64,000 bases of DNA from Candidatus Daviesbacteria bacterium RIFCSPLOWO2_01_FULL_39_23 (GTDB taxonomy: Bacteria; Patescibacteriota; Microgenomatia; Daviesbacterales; UBA10151), in contig MFDN01000005.1 in NCBI GenBank assembly GCA_001776935.1, positions 68,893-132,892 of the forward strand. Direction: 5' to 3'. Made by a program: the position numbers and the translations under genes. The notes beneath the pieces are model-generated. The model searched no databases. It was not told the DNA's origin and saw only the letters and a program-made list of their open reading frames with translations. Shown in pieces: positions 9,763-19,011 of the stretch (positions are counted from its first letter, which is position 1; each line of letters begins with the position of its first letter).

Positions 9763-10164
9763 TCACAAGGTTGTTTTTCGCTTGGAAGGCTGAATTTCTT
9801 GAGCATAGCTTACCCCACTGCTCTGCTGATGCTTAAGCATGCTTCTTAAGTTTGCAATTTCCTCCTTGAGCTCGTCTAATCGCTCAGCTTGTATCTTTTG
9901 ATCTTGCGCATTTTCCCTTAACATTGCCGGCGAAAGCTGCTCTTTCTGTAATGCTTCTTTTTCAGGCACCAAACCAACCTCTCTGCCTTTATCTACAGAA
10001 CAAAGCACCAATCGGTCAACGCGTAGTTCCAGCTTGCCGTGAACTGCCAAACCGGTATCTAAAACCCTTTCCAGTAAAGTAGCAATGCCTTCTGCGATTT
10101 TTTGACCCACATCCTTCTTCTTCCCTCTGCCTTCGCCTTGCCGGACAAGTTGTTTATCTGCCAT
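9763..10164 (-). CDS. Hypothetical coiled-coil protein
   Basis: ORF with a probable start at MADKQ; charged and helical; no clear family. Confidence 0.35.
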   Translation of the reverse strand: MADKQLVRQGEGRGKKKDVGQKIAEGIATLLERVLDTGLAVHGKLELRVDRLVLCSVDKGREVGLVPEKEALQKEQLSPAMLRENAQDQKIQAERLDELKEEIANLRSMLKHQQSSGVSYAQEIQPSKRKTTL

Positions 10165-10619
10165 AATTCTCACCCCTTTCCAATCATTATTTAGCCAAAT
10201 CATATAACCATATTAAAATAACAAGCGTGTGAATCTTCAGTAAGAACAGTACAAGAAATTTAAAACCATTTTAGTTTTTTCTCCACAAGATAATTAAAAT
10301 CGGCATCAGAGCAACACTGATCCCAAGCACCAGATATTCCCCAAATACCGAAGGTTCGCTACCGGTGGTAATATCATCAAGTGCTGCCTAATCAAACACA
10401 AGAATGATTAAAAAAATAGCTGCAATAATTACTCTTCTCATATGTTAGAACTTATTAATATTAATTAAGATTAAAAATTTCAAAATCGTGGTTGCCCTTT
10501 AGATACTTTCCGCCCTGATAATTCCAATCTCAATTATGCGGCCAAAGCGCGAGCTCATGCCGGTGGTTTCCACATCCACAAAGGACAGATTATTGGGAAT
10601 CATAGACTTTCTTTAAAGT

Positions 10620-11939
10620 TTATTTTTTGTTTTGAAAAATGTGTTTTTCCAAAGAATCCTGCTTTTGCCATTTGGGGTTTTGACGGGTGCACATTTCTAT
10701 TTTATGGGCAGCCTTTTCTGCTTTTTCTTTGGCTTTTTGCACATCCGGATCTGTTGCCAAGACTACTCCCATTCTTCTGTTTAGGTGGGCTTCGTTTTTA
10801 CCAAACAGCAATACGCTGACTCCCGGCTCATTCATTACCTCGCTCAAACGATTATAGCCGGGGTCAAAACCTTCAGAAGGAGCTAAAATGACGTGTGAGG
10901 CAGCCGGCGTTAAAATCGGCACCACATCAAAACCCAGCCTTTTAACGGTGGGGATAGGCAGACCGGTGATGGCCCGGACATGCAAGCCGGCTTCGGAAAA
11001 ACCCAGCTGATGCGAGGCAAAAGTAACCATGCCGGTATCATGCGGTCTGGCGCTGCACTCATTTGCCCAAACCATATCACCCTTAACAAACAGCTCGCAG
11101 CCAAAAACTCCGGGTCCACCCAGGGCATCTGTAACTTTTTTGGCAATCTCATACACTTTTTTTTCTGCTGTCTCGGAAATTTCTGCCAGCTGCCAGCTTG
11201 AGTGGTAATCCCCTCCCCGGGTTTGATATTGGCCGACCGGGTGACAAAACGAAGTTTTAAGCGAGCCCGCTTCGCCCGCGAAGCGAGGCGAGCCATTTAC
11301 AAAATACCTGACCACGAGCTCTGTCACTTCCAAATCAAAATCAATGTTTTTTTCTACAATTAATTTTTCCGCAGAGCCGCGGGCGTGAACTTGAGCTCTT
11401 TCATAAGCTTTTTCTATATCAAGTGGGCTTTTAACCTTAGAAGAACCGGCACCCGAGGAATCCTGAATTGCTTTTACCCAACAAGGAAAGCCGGCCTTTT
11501 TACAAGCAGCTTTTAGCTCTTTTAAAGAAGAAGCATAATAATATTCGGAAACCGGCACACCGGTTTTGACAATCAATTCCCGAATCCTTTCCCTTTGCAT
11601 GGCAGTATAGGTGGCTTTGGCGTTGGGGATAATATTAAATCCTTCTTTTTCCAAATCAAACAGCATATCCAAATTAATGGCTTCTATCTCCGGGACAATA
11701 TAGTCAGGTTTTTCTTTTTCAATTAGGGAACGTAAAAAGGCGGCGTCTTTTAAACTACCGGTGTATGAACGGTGAGCAACTTGTTGACCCGGGGCACCTT
11801 CGTAGCGGTCAACAGCAATGGTAAAAAACCCCAGCCGCATGGCTTCTATAATAACTTCTTTGCCTAACTCTCCTGCACCAAGCAGCATAATCTTGGTAGC
11901 TTTGGCAGATAAAGGTGAATAAAGAATCTGGCGCTTCAT
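10620..11939 (-). CDS. purT: Formate-dependent phosphoribosylglycinamide formyltransferase (ATP-grasp)
   Basis: 439 aa. N-terminus KIMLLGAGELGKEVIIEAMRLGFFTIAVDRYEGAPGQQVAHRS...PDYIVPEIEAI closely resembles the PurT N-terminus; ATP-grasp body with an insertion. Confidence 0.7.
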   Translation of the reverse strand: MKRQILYSPLSAKATKIMLLGAGELGKEVIIEAMRLGFFTIAVDRYEGAPGQQVAHRSYTGSLKDAAFLRSLIEKEKPDYIVPEIEAINLDMLFDLEKEGFNIIPNAKATYTAMQRERIRELIVKTGVPVSEYYYASSLKELKAACKKAGFPCWVKAIQDSSGAGSSKVKSPLDIEKAYERAQVHARGSAEKLIVEKNIDFDLEVTELVVRYFVNGSPRFAGEAGSLKTSFCHPVGQYQTRGGDYHSSWQLAEISETAEKKVYEIAKKVTDALGGPGVFGCELFVKGDMVWANECSARPHDTGMVTFASHQLGFSEAGLHVRAITGLPIPTVKRLGFDVVPILTPAASHVILAPSEGFDPGYNRLSEVMNEPGVSVLLFGKNEAHLNRRMGVVLATDPDVQKAKEKAEKAAHKIEMCTRQNPKWQKQDSLEKHIFQNKK

Positions 11940-11998
11940 TTGGCCATTATGATAATGGGAGGAACTAAAATAATCAAGAAGTTTTAATATTAATAGCC

Positions 11999-12217
11999 TT
12001 AACGGGCATTTCCTCTGGCCAGTTTTGCATCAGCTCTGTTTTTAACTATCAGGGCATTTTTGGCAATCCGTTCTGCATTAATTTGATCAAGAATTTTTTG
12101 ACACTCAGCATCAGGACAAACAGTCTGGGTGCAGGTAACCACAACGGTTCCACTCTTTTCTTCCCAGCTCTTACCATCAATTCTTTGCGTTCCGCATCTG
12201 ACACAGGGATTGTTCAT
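11999..12217 (-). CDS. Small zinc-ribbon protein
   Basis: Probable start at MNNPCVRCG; CxxC...C...C arrangement. Confidence 0.35.
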   Translation of the reverse strand: MNNPCVRCGTQRIDGKSWEEKSGTVVVTCTQTVCPDAECQKILDQINAERIAKNALIVKNRADAKLARGNAR

Positions 12218-12341
12218 AATTTTCTCACTTTGGCTGAGGAACCGCATCTTAACAGAACTGAAGGAATAAAACAATGTTAAGCATGAAAATTCAAATGAGG
12301 TATCGCCTGGATAGCTTTTTCTTTATATACTAAATGAAATT

Positions 12342-13700
12342 ATGCATAGGCTTTTAAACGCCAAGATACTGTTAACTTTTGTAATCTTGCTGGGATTATT
12401 TTCGCTGTGGACCTATAAAGGAATCACTGAGACCGGAATCCATGTTGATTTGGCAAGGGATTTAAATGAAGTCTCTAACCTTTGGATGCATAAAATCGTA
12501 TGGCTGGGACCGATGACAAGTGCCAATTTTCCTGCCAGTCCAATTTATTATTATTTGCTCTTCCCCGGCCTCATCCTAAGCGGTGGAAACGGCTTATCCC
12601 TGATTGTTTCTCAAACTTTTTTTGCCCTTTTTGCCTTAGGCATATTTGCTTTTTTTCAGCTTAAAAAATCTTTTGTTTCTACCATCCTTGTGATATTAAC
12701 CATCGGCCTATCTCCATGGTGGATATCATCTTCATCCTTTATTTGGAATGGGCATATGTATGTTTCGTGGGTATTACTGGCTCTGGTAAGCTTATGGTTT
12801 AAAAAACCTTTATTCATATCGGCTCTTCTATTTGGAGTTTCTATAGCCATTAACCCGGTTGCGGCTATGGCTCTTCCAGTCCTCTTTTATGAATGGATTA
12901 TTGAAAAAAGGCGACTGAAAAATTTAATGCATATTTTATTAGGACTTGCTCTTCCCTGGACTCCAATAATCCTTTTTGAAATCATCACCAAAGGTTTTCT
13001 GACTCGTCACTGGCTTCAATACCCTTCTTCTGCCGGAATAACATTTATTCCCAATTTGGGAAATATCATACGTCTTATAAATACAATATATTTACCCAAT
13101 ACAATTGTAGCAATTATTGCTGCAATTTTAACCTTCTTGATGGGATCAAAAAGGGAAAGATATTGGCTTATTTTTATTTCCCTTCCTTTACTCTTCCTGG
13201 CGTTTACTTCCCCTCTTAGGCAATATTACACATTAGGTTTAATCTGCGCGCTAAGTTTTATTTTTGTCATGATTTGGTCCTCTAAAACAATCGGGAAGAT
13301 AATATTGGTAATTATGATTTTTTTATACACTCAAACAATAACATTCACCCCTCTCTCTTTTGCCGGGCGTTCAATCCAAAGAATGGATAATGCGGTAAAT
13401 ACCTTTATACAAAATAATAATTTGGATAAAACAAAAAAGTACGCTGTTGTTTCAGTAAGAGATACACAAAATTCTACCCCACAGGCAGATGACTTCCGAT
13501 TTTTCTTAAGAACAAAGGGAATAAATGCCTTAAATATTGATGAGTACCCGCAAGCTGATAATTTGATCCTTTTTGTTGAAGTTCCAAATTTTAAATGGCA
13601 GGAATGGGAAGATTGGCATATACTACGGTTTGGTAAAAAAAGATTTCTTTCCAATCAAAACATTGATGGAATAGAGATTGTAATGTATGAGAAAGAATGA
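12342..13700 (+). CDS. Polytopic integral membrane protein (possibly a glycosyltransferase-39/ArnT-like fold)
   Basis: 452 aa with more than 10 predicted TM helices and a C-terminal soluble domain. Confidence 0.45.
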   Translation: MHRLLNAKILLTFVILLGLFSLWTYKGITETGIHVDLARDLNEVSNLWMHKIVWLGPMTSANFPASPIYYYLLFPGLILSGGNGLSLIVSQTFFALFALGIFAFFQLKKSFVSTILVILTIGLSPWWISSSSFIWNGHMYVSWVLLALVSLWFKKPLFISALLFGVSIAINPVAAMALPVLFYEWIIEKRRLKNLMHILLGLALPWTPIILFEIITKGFLTRHWLQYPSSAGITFIPNLGNIIRLINTIYLPNTIVAIIAAILTFLMGSKRERYWLIFISLPLLFLAFTSPLRQYYTLGLICALSFIFVMIWSSKTIGKIILVIMIFLYTQTITFTPLSFAGRSIQRMDNAVNTFIQNNNLDKTKKYAVVSVRDTQNSTPQADDFRFFLRTKGINALNIDEYPQADNLILFVEVPNFKWQEWEDWHILRFGKKRFLSNQNIDGIEIVMYEKE

Positions 13701-13737
13701 ATTGGACAATAAATTCTTACAGGTGTAAAATACGCTC

Positions 13738-14511
13738 ATGGGCTTTCTCTTTAGTATCCCGGGACTGATTTTCCTTTTTATTATCTTTGTAATTATCCCT
13801 TCCATAAAACAGGTGAACCAATACGAACGCGGGGTGCGTTTCCGTTTTGGAAAATTTAAAGATGAAATGATACCCGGCTGGAGAATTGTCTGGCCAATAA
13901 TTGAAAGCTGGCAAAGAATAGATATCCGGGTTAAAGCTGTAGATGTCCCTGATCAGGAAGCCATTACAAAAGATAATGTTTCAGCCCGCGTTAATGCCGT
14001 TATCTATTACAGGATAGACGCCGCCCAAAAAGCAGTATTGGAAGTACAAGACTTTTTTTACGCCGTTTCCCAACTTGCACAAACCACTATGAGAAATGTT
14101 ATCGGAGAAACATCTTTGGATGATCTTTTGTCTAAAAGAAACGAAGTTGCCGATAAAATTCAAAGGATTATTGATAAGGCAACTGATCCATGGGGCGTTA
14201 AAGTTGAATCGGTAGAGCTAAAAGATATAATTTTGCCCGATGAGATGAAACGGGTCATTGCCCGTCAGGCAGAGGCAGAAAGAGAAAGAAGGGCAATAGT
14301 TATCCGGGCAGAAGGTGAAAAAGCAGCGGCAGAAAATATTGCCATTGCAGCAGGGAGGCTTGCCAAAACCACCGGAGGATTACATATAAGAACACTGCAA
14401 ACCCTTTCAGAAGTATCGGCAGATAAAAATAACACCATTGTATTTGTCACTCCTTTGGAAATATTACGGGCCTTTGAAGGCCTGGTCAAAAAAGTTAAAC
14501 CCACTAAATAA
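13738..14511 (+). CDS. SPFH/band-7 (stomatin/prohibitin-like) protein
   Basis: 257 aa. N-terminal TM segment then YERGVRFRFGKF...ITKDNVSARVNAVIYYRI, typical of SPFH domains. Confidence 0.8.
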   Translation: MGFLFSIPGLIFLFIIFVIIPSIKQVNQYERGVRFRFGKFKDEMIPGWRIVWPIIESWQRIDIRVKAVDVPDQEAITKDNVSARVNAVIYYRIDAAQKAVLEVQDFFYAVSQLAQTTMRNVIGETSLDDLLSKRNEVADKIQRIIDKATDPWGVKVESVELKDIILPDEMKRVIARQAEAERERRAIVIRAEGEKAAAENIAIAAGRLAKTTGGLHIRTLQTLSEVSADKNNTIVFVTPLEILRAFEGLVKKVKPTK

Positions 14512-14550
14512 TTTTAGACTCCGAGGATAATCTGTGTTAAATTAACCACT

Positions 14551-15144
14551 ATGTTTTTGATAAAAGATGATTTTTGGCAGGTGAAGCGGACAAAAGAAAA
14601 AGGTCTTGGCATCTTTGCCAAAAAAGGAATAGAGGCAGGCACTATAATCGGCGATTACCTTGGAAAGGTAATAGAAACCGCACGATATGATTTTAATAAT
14701 GATAAAGACGGGCTCTATTTAATGTATTATACGGACGAAGCCTCAATTTATCCGAACCTTAAAAAACCCGGCATTCACCTTTTAAATCATTCCTGTGCGC
14801 CAAACTGTTGGATATATACATACCAATATCATACGCTGTTTTTTGCACTGCGGAATATTAAACCCACTGAAGAGCTCACAATCTCCTACCTGCTAAGCCC
14901 CAAAGGAAAAAGCTGTAATCCCTGCAAACACATCTGCAAATGCAACAGCAAATTCTGCACAGGCACAATGCATTTATCAAAAGATAAATATAAAAAATGG
15001 CAAAAATTTCAAGATAACCAAAATAATAAAAAAGCCGCAAAACCACAGGTTATTTTTAATAAAAATTTGCCAAAGCTAACTTCTTACCCGAAAATAATCC
15101 CCACCAACCCAACTATTATCTCTTTGTTCTTCCCGCATGGATAA
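14551..15144 (+). CDS. SET-domain protein (putative lysine methyltransferase)
   Basis: 197 aa. GLGIFAKKGIEAGTIIGDYLG, NHSCAPNC (SET signature), ELTISY, and a post-SET Cys cluster CNPCKHICKCNSKFC. Confidence 0.7.
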   Translation: MFLIKDDFWQVKRTKEKGLGIFAKKGIEAGTIIGDYLGKVIETARYDFNNDKDGLYLMYYTDEASIYPNLKKPGIHLLNHSCAPNCWIYTYQYHTLFFALRNIKPTEELTISYLLSPKGKSCNPCKHICKCNSKFCTGTMHLSKDKYKKWQKFQDNQNNKKAAKPQVIFNKNLPKLTSYPKIIPTNPTIISLFFPHG

Positions 15145-15161
15145 TCACATAGCCTAAAAGG

Positions 15162-15647
15162 CTACATCGTTATTTCTGTCGTACTTAATTCTTCAAGCTT
15201 AGCGATCAATTCTTCCTTTGTGTAGTTAGAAGTATCTATTTGTTTATTTTCAAAAACCCTTAATCCCTCAATGATTCTTCGGGCAAAAACCGCCTCCTTT
15301 TTTCTCAAATTTTTTATTCTGATTTCATTCTGAGTAGAAGTTTTTGAAACGATAACCAGTTGAGCAAAAAAAGGTGCCGTATTGATAAATATATTTGATA
15401 TATCTTTTATATCAACACTGTGCACTTGAGAAGAAGAGAAAAAACTACGGGTGATTATGGTAATCCTCCCCTCTTCTATATTAATGGTGTTTGGAAATAG
15501 ATCAAAAGGAAATCCATGCGAAGAAATGCTCACCAGTATTCGATTGGATTTCCTAACTAAACCCTCTACGGTATTTTTATCTGCACTTTTCTTATCGCTC
15601 GTAATTTGTTCATTTCTTTTAATATCCATAGTTTCACTGGACATCAT
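15162..15647 (-). CDS. Hypothetical protein (possible bacterial PH-like domain)
   Basis: 161 aa; weak resemblance to bPH_2-type domains; no TM segment. Confidence 0.3.
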   Translation of the reverse strand: MMSSETMDIKRNEQITSDKKSADKNTVEGLVRKSNRILVSISSHGFPFDLFPNTINIEEGRITIITRSFFSSSQVHSVDIKDISNIFINTAPFFAQLVIVSKTSTQNEIRIKNLRKKEAVFARRIIEGLRVFENKQIDTSNYTKEELIAKLEELSTTEITM

Positions 15648-15957
15648 TTGATGATACCCAATCCAAGAAGTCCAATAATAATAAGGTACCCGGCTATCAG
15701 ATAGTTAAGAAATTTCGGAAAAATAAGAATCAATACTCCAAATGCTAATGAAGCCAAGGGAGTTAAATTTGCAAAAGATATACTCATATATTATCACCCC
15801 CTCTCCAACAACTCATTTTTTGGACCGATGGCTAAAAAGCAATAACCAATCAGCGGTCTTATCTAAACACTTTTTTAATAAAACCGATATAGCGCTAACT
15901 GTATCTTATAATCGTAAGAAATCAGGCAGAAAACTGCACCTTCTTGGTAAGACAAAC

Positions 15958-16120
15958 AAATACTTTTTCTCTAAAAGCAGGTATAGTTTGACGTTTTGCC
16001 GCATTAAATTCAGGTTGTTTTTCTGGTTCGAGCAAGACAAGTTTGGCTCCGCTGAGTTGGTACACTTACTTGTCGTGAGGAGTCTTCGACGAAGGAGAAC
16101 TGACAATATTGGAATCAAAC
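15958..16120. repeat. Repeat copy 1 (blocks A then B) including a degenerate fic 3'-end remnant
   Basis: 15958-16010 matches 17953-18006 (contains AGTTTGACGTTTTGCCGCATT, encoding ...AAKRQT(I/V)PAFREK on the minus strand). 16043-16120 matches 17853-17925. The two blocks are in opposite order in the two copies. Confidence 0.6.
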
Positions 16121-16139
16121 GACAATTTTGAACCTGTTT

Positions 16140-16529
16140 TTATTTAGCTGCCAATTTATTTAAATCTTTATCAAAAGTAAAAAGAGTAGAATTATTTTCT
16201 TTGGCTTTACATATCAAAAAACAATCAACAAAATCAATATTTTTACTTTTGCAAGCCTCCAACGCTTCTTTAAAAACCATCCTATCTTCAATATCGAGAT
16301 ATGAGGTCACTAAAAGAGTATTCACCTTCTCTATTACTTCAGCTTTGGGAAATTTATAGTATTTATCCAAGGCAAATAAGACTTCAAATATTATTATTTG
16401 GGGAACAAATATCCTTAGTTTTCCTGATTTAGCTTTAATTAATATATTTGCTGCTTCTTTGGCTTGACTTGGAATATCGTCTAGTAGAAACCTTAAAAAG
16501 ACATTTGCATCCAGTGTTGAAGATTCCAT
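16140..16529 (-). CDS. PIN-domain toxin (VapC-like)
   Basis: 129 aa. N-terminal LDANVFLRFLLDD; PIN acidic residues; downstream of and overlapping a small antitoxin gene. Confidence 0.65.
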   Translation of the reverse strand: MESSTLDANVFLRFLLDDIPSQAKEAANILIKAKSGKLRIFVPQIIIFEVLFALDKYYKFPKAEVIEKVNTLLVTSYLDIEDRMVFKEALEACKSKNIDFVDCFLICKAKENNSTLFTFDKDLNKLAAK

Positions 16530-16533
16530 TAAG

Positions 16534-16773
16534 TTATATAGATTTTTTGGCTATATATCCCTCAAATGCTTTACGAATCTCTTTTGGATAAGCTTGTATA
16601 TTAGTTTTTAATGAACCCTTAAGATCCAGCAGATCTTTTACCGGCTCTATAACAAGTTTGCCGTCTTTTTCTGTAACTATAGCTTTTTTAGATTTGTCTA
16701 AGCCTAGCTTCCGACGGATAGGAGCTGGAATACTTATTTGACCTTGAGAAGTAATTGAAACCATGTATGCCAT
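16534..16773 (-). CDS. AbrB/SpoVT/MazE-like antitoxin
   Basis: 79 aa. SITSQGQISIPAPIRRKLGL swapped-hairpin beta-barrel motif; directly upstream of the PIN gene. Confidence 0.6.
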   Translation of the reverse strand: MAYMVSITSQGQISIPAPIRRKLGLDKSKKAIVTEKDGKLVIEPVKDLLDLKGSLKTNIQAYPKEIRKAFEGYIAKKSI

Positions 16774-16909
16774 ACATTACTTATACCATATTACATTATA
16801 TTTGTCAAGATACATTAAATTAAAAACTCAATTAAAGAACTACTTTCTTCTCGCCTTTTACATATTGGCTAATCAGCAAGTTAATAACATTAGAAGTTAT
16901 TTACCAGAA

Positions 16910-17218
16910 CTATTTGAAAACTCCTGAAAAAAGCAGAATCAGGACAACAGCAGTCATAATTGCAAAGATTCCAACAGTTTTAACAAACAGGTTTACTGCT
17001 TCTTTTTTCTTACCTTCAATAAAAAGTAGAAATGGTTGATAAAAAAACAGGAACGCCATGACTGCTGCAGAAAGGGTAAACACGAATAAGGCCGTGATCG
17101 GGGCAAAAAAAGTATCTGGTTTATTCTTTAAAGGTTGCGTCACAAAGGTCATAACAGAGACAACAAGGATTATATAGGCTGAAGCACTCAGTGCATTAAT
17201 AATAGGATTTTTGGACAT
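16910..17218 (-). CDS. Small membrane protein (3 TM)
   Basis: 102 aa, hydrophobic. Confidence 0.35.
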   Translation of the reverse strand: MSKNPIINALSASAYIILVVSVMTFVTQPLKNKPDTFFAPITALFVFTLSAAVMAFLFFYQPFLLFIEGKKKEAVNLFVKTVGIFAIMTAVVLILLFSGVFK

Positions 17219-17289
17219 ATATTAATTATACCAAGCTGGCTCTGTTTAATGTCGGATGTTAGAACTTATTATTCTAAACAAGTTTTTGT

Positions 17290-17778
17290 TTAAGCTGACT
17301 TAAAGTGTTCCACCACTCCATTTAGCATTTGGCGGACACACCATTTAGCATACATATCCCCAAAAAGAACTCCCAATAATTTAGAAACTCCTGTTGGGAA
17401 GTCGTAATCAATAAATATCTTTAATTTCGATTCCTCGTTTTCAGGAACTATCTCTACCCCCATTTGATAGTTCCCAATCACAAGTAGTGTTACATTCCCA
17501 ACTGTTTCCCATGCTTTTCGATGTGGCGGATTATATTCAGTAACAACCTCTTCCAGAAAGAGATTTATTCCCAACACCTTACCGCTCATTCGAATGTGTG
17601 AGCCTACTTTTTGCCCATTGCCTTCATCTACCTGCGTTTCCATTTTTCCTCCACCCATCATCCACGAGGACTTATTCATATGTGATGAGAAAGCATTATG
17701 GTCATCAATGAAATTAAAAGCATCATTAGGAGATGCCTGAATCAGAGCAGCTTCCTGGTAATGATGAGAATACGTCAT
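17290..17778 (-). CDS. SRPBCC (START/polyketide-cyclase-like) ligand-binding protein
   Basis: 162 aa; size and beta-grip-like pattern consistent with the Polyketide_cyc2 family; no database confirmation. Confidence 0.45.
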   Translation of the reverse strand: MTYSHHYQEAALIQASPNDAFNFIDDHNAFSSHMNKSSWMMGGGKMETQVDEGNGQKVGSHIRMSGKVLGINLFLEEVVTEYNPPHRKAWETVGNVTLLVIGNYQMGVEIVPENEESKLKIFIDYDFPTGVSKLLGVLFGDMYAKWCVRQMLNGVVEHFKSA

Positions 17779-17852
17779 GCTTTAAGTATATCAATAGTTT
17801 GAACTGTCCATTAGGGGTAATAAAAATTTAAGGCTAAAATTACTGGCTCCAC

Positions 17853-18006
17853 GGATTTGGCAAACTTACTTGTTTTAAAGGATCTTCGACAAAAGAGGAC
17901 TGGTTATATTGGAATCGCAGAATGCCTATAAACCAATATTTATCTAATACCTATCTTCCAAATACCTTTTTCCCTAAAAGCCGGTACAGTTTGACGTTTT
18001 GCCGCA
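17853..18006. repeat. Repeat copy 2 (blocks B then A) overlapping the fic 3' end and its downstream region
   Basis: See copy 1; here block A is the genuine 3' end of the fic gene. Confidence 0.6.
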
Positions 18007-18812
18007 TTTAAAACTACAGGAGCTGGTTTACCGGTCTTTATTGCATACTCAGTTGCCTCAATAATCTTACTACCCTTCAAGTAGGCTATTCTTTTATGTA
18101 AAGCTTCCATAAGTGCAAGCGATATCAGTCTCTCCATTATTTGAGTTTTTTTGTCATCACGAAACTCTATAAAAGAACTGTAATAATCTGTTTTTTCTTT
18201 ATCGCGGATAATTATACCCGGAAAACCGAATCTATAAAGCTGATAATTTATAATTACCCGTCCAATTCTGCCATTACCATCGTTAAAAGGATGAATTGTT
18301 TCGAATTGCAAATGGAATTTAGCAACCTTGTCTGCAAAATATGTACTTTGATCGCTTGAGTATTCAATTAAAGCTTCTTCAATCATTCTTTCTATATGCT
18401 CCGGAGGCGGAGCAATAAAACTGCCAACGCGCACATATTCCCCTTTTTTACGTAATCTGCCGGCAATCTTTTCATCAATATTTCCTATTAACATCTGATG
18501 AAACAACAATATAGTTTCTTTGGAAAGTTCTTCCGCAATCTTACCCTGGATATATTCCATAACCCGAGCTAAATTTTTTGCTTCAAACACTTCACGTAAG
18601 GAGACATTTTTTGATATTTCCATCTCTAGAAGGATTTTTTCGGTTTCTTTAAGAGTTAATGTGGAGTTTTCTATAGCATTGGAGTTATAAACACTTTCTG
18701 GGATTTCAGCTTCATCAATAATTTTAAGTAAAGACAGCTTGCCTATCTTTAAACGATCATATTCTTTTTTTAGGGTTTCTATTCTTTTTTGAAGGAAAAG
18801 AGGAGTTGGCAT
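17940..18812 (-). CDS. Fic-family protein (class II, canonical motif)
   Basis: 290 aa. HPFNDGNGRIGR (HPFx[DE]GNGRxxR) plus an N-terminal inhibitory-type SNAIEN motif. Confidence 0.85.
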   Translation of the reverse strand: MPTPLFLQKRIETLKKEYDRLKIGKLSLLKIIDEAEIPESVYNSNAIENSTLTLKETEKILLEMEISKNVSLREVFEAKNLARVMEYIQGKIAEELSKETILLFHQMLIGNIDEKIAGRLRKKGEYVRVGSFIAPPPEHIERMIEEALIEYSSDQSTYFADKVAKFHLQFETIHPFNDGNGRIGRVIINYQLYRFGFPGIIIRDKEKTDYYSSFIEFRDDKKTQIMERLISLALMEALHKRIAYLKGSKIIEATEYAIKTGKPAPVVLNAAKRQTVPAFREKGIWKIGIR

Positions 18813-19011
18813 GATGAAATTATTATATCAGATTCACGTTATTTTGTCAAATTAGCGTGAATCGACTGCCATTTACGGTATAAATTCATGCTTTTTGACT
18901 CAAGAAGCGTAATTTTAATATGAGCACGCTCCTGCTTTGCAGTAACCATGAGTTTATTACATATTATCAAGATATTGACTCCTGCGTATCATTATGATAC
19001 GCTAGAAACAT

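Noticed and set aside
10203-10620. Intergenic region upstream of purT with a possible small hydrophobic ORF (about 10330-10440, minus strand)
   Set aside because: Too short and without a recognisable start context; not reported as a gene.
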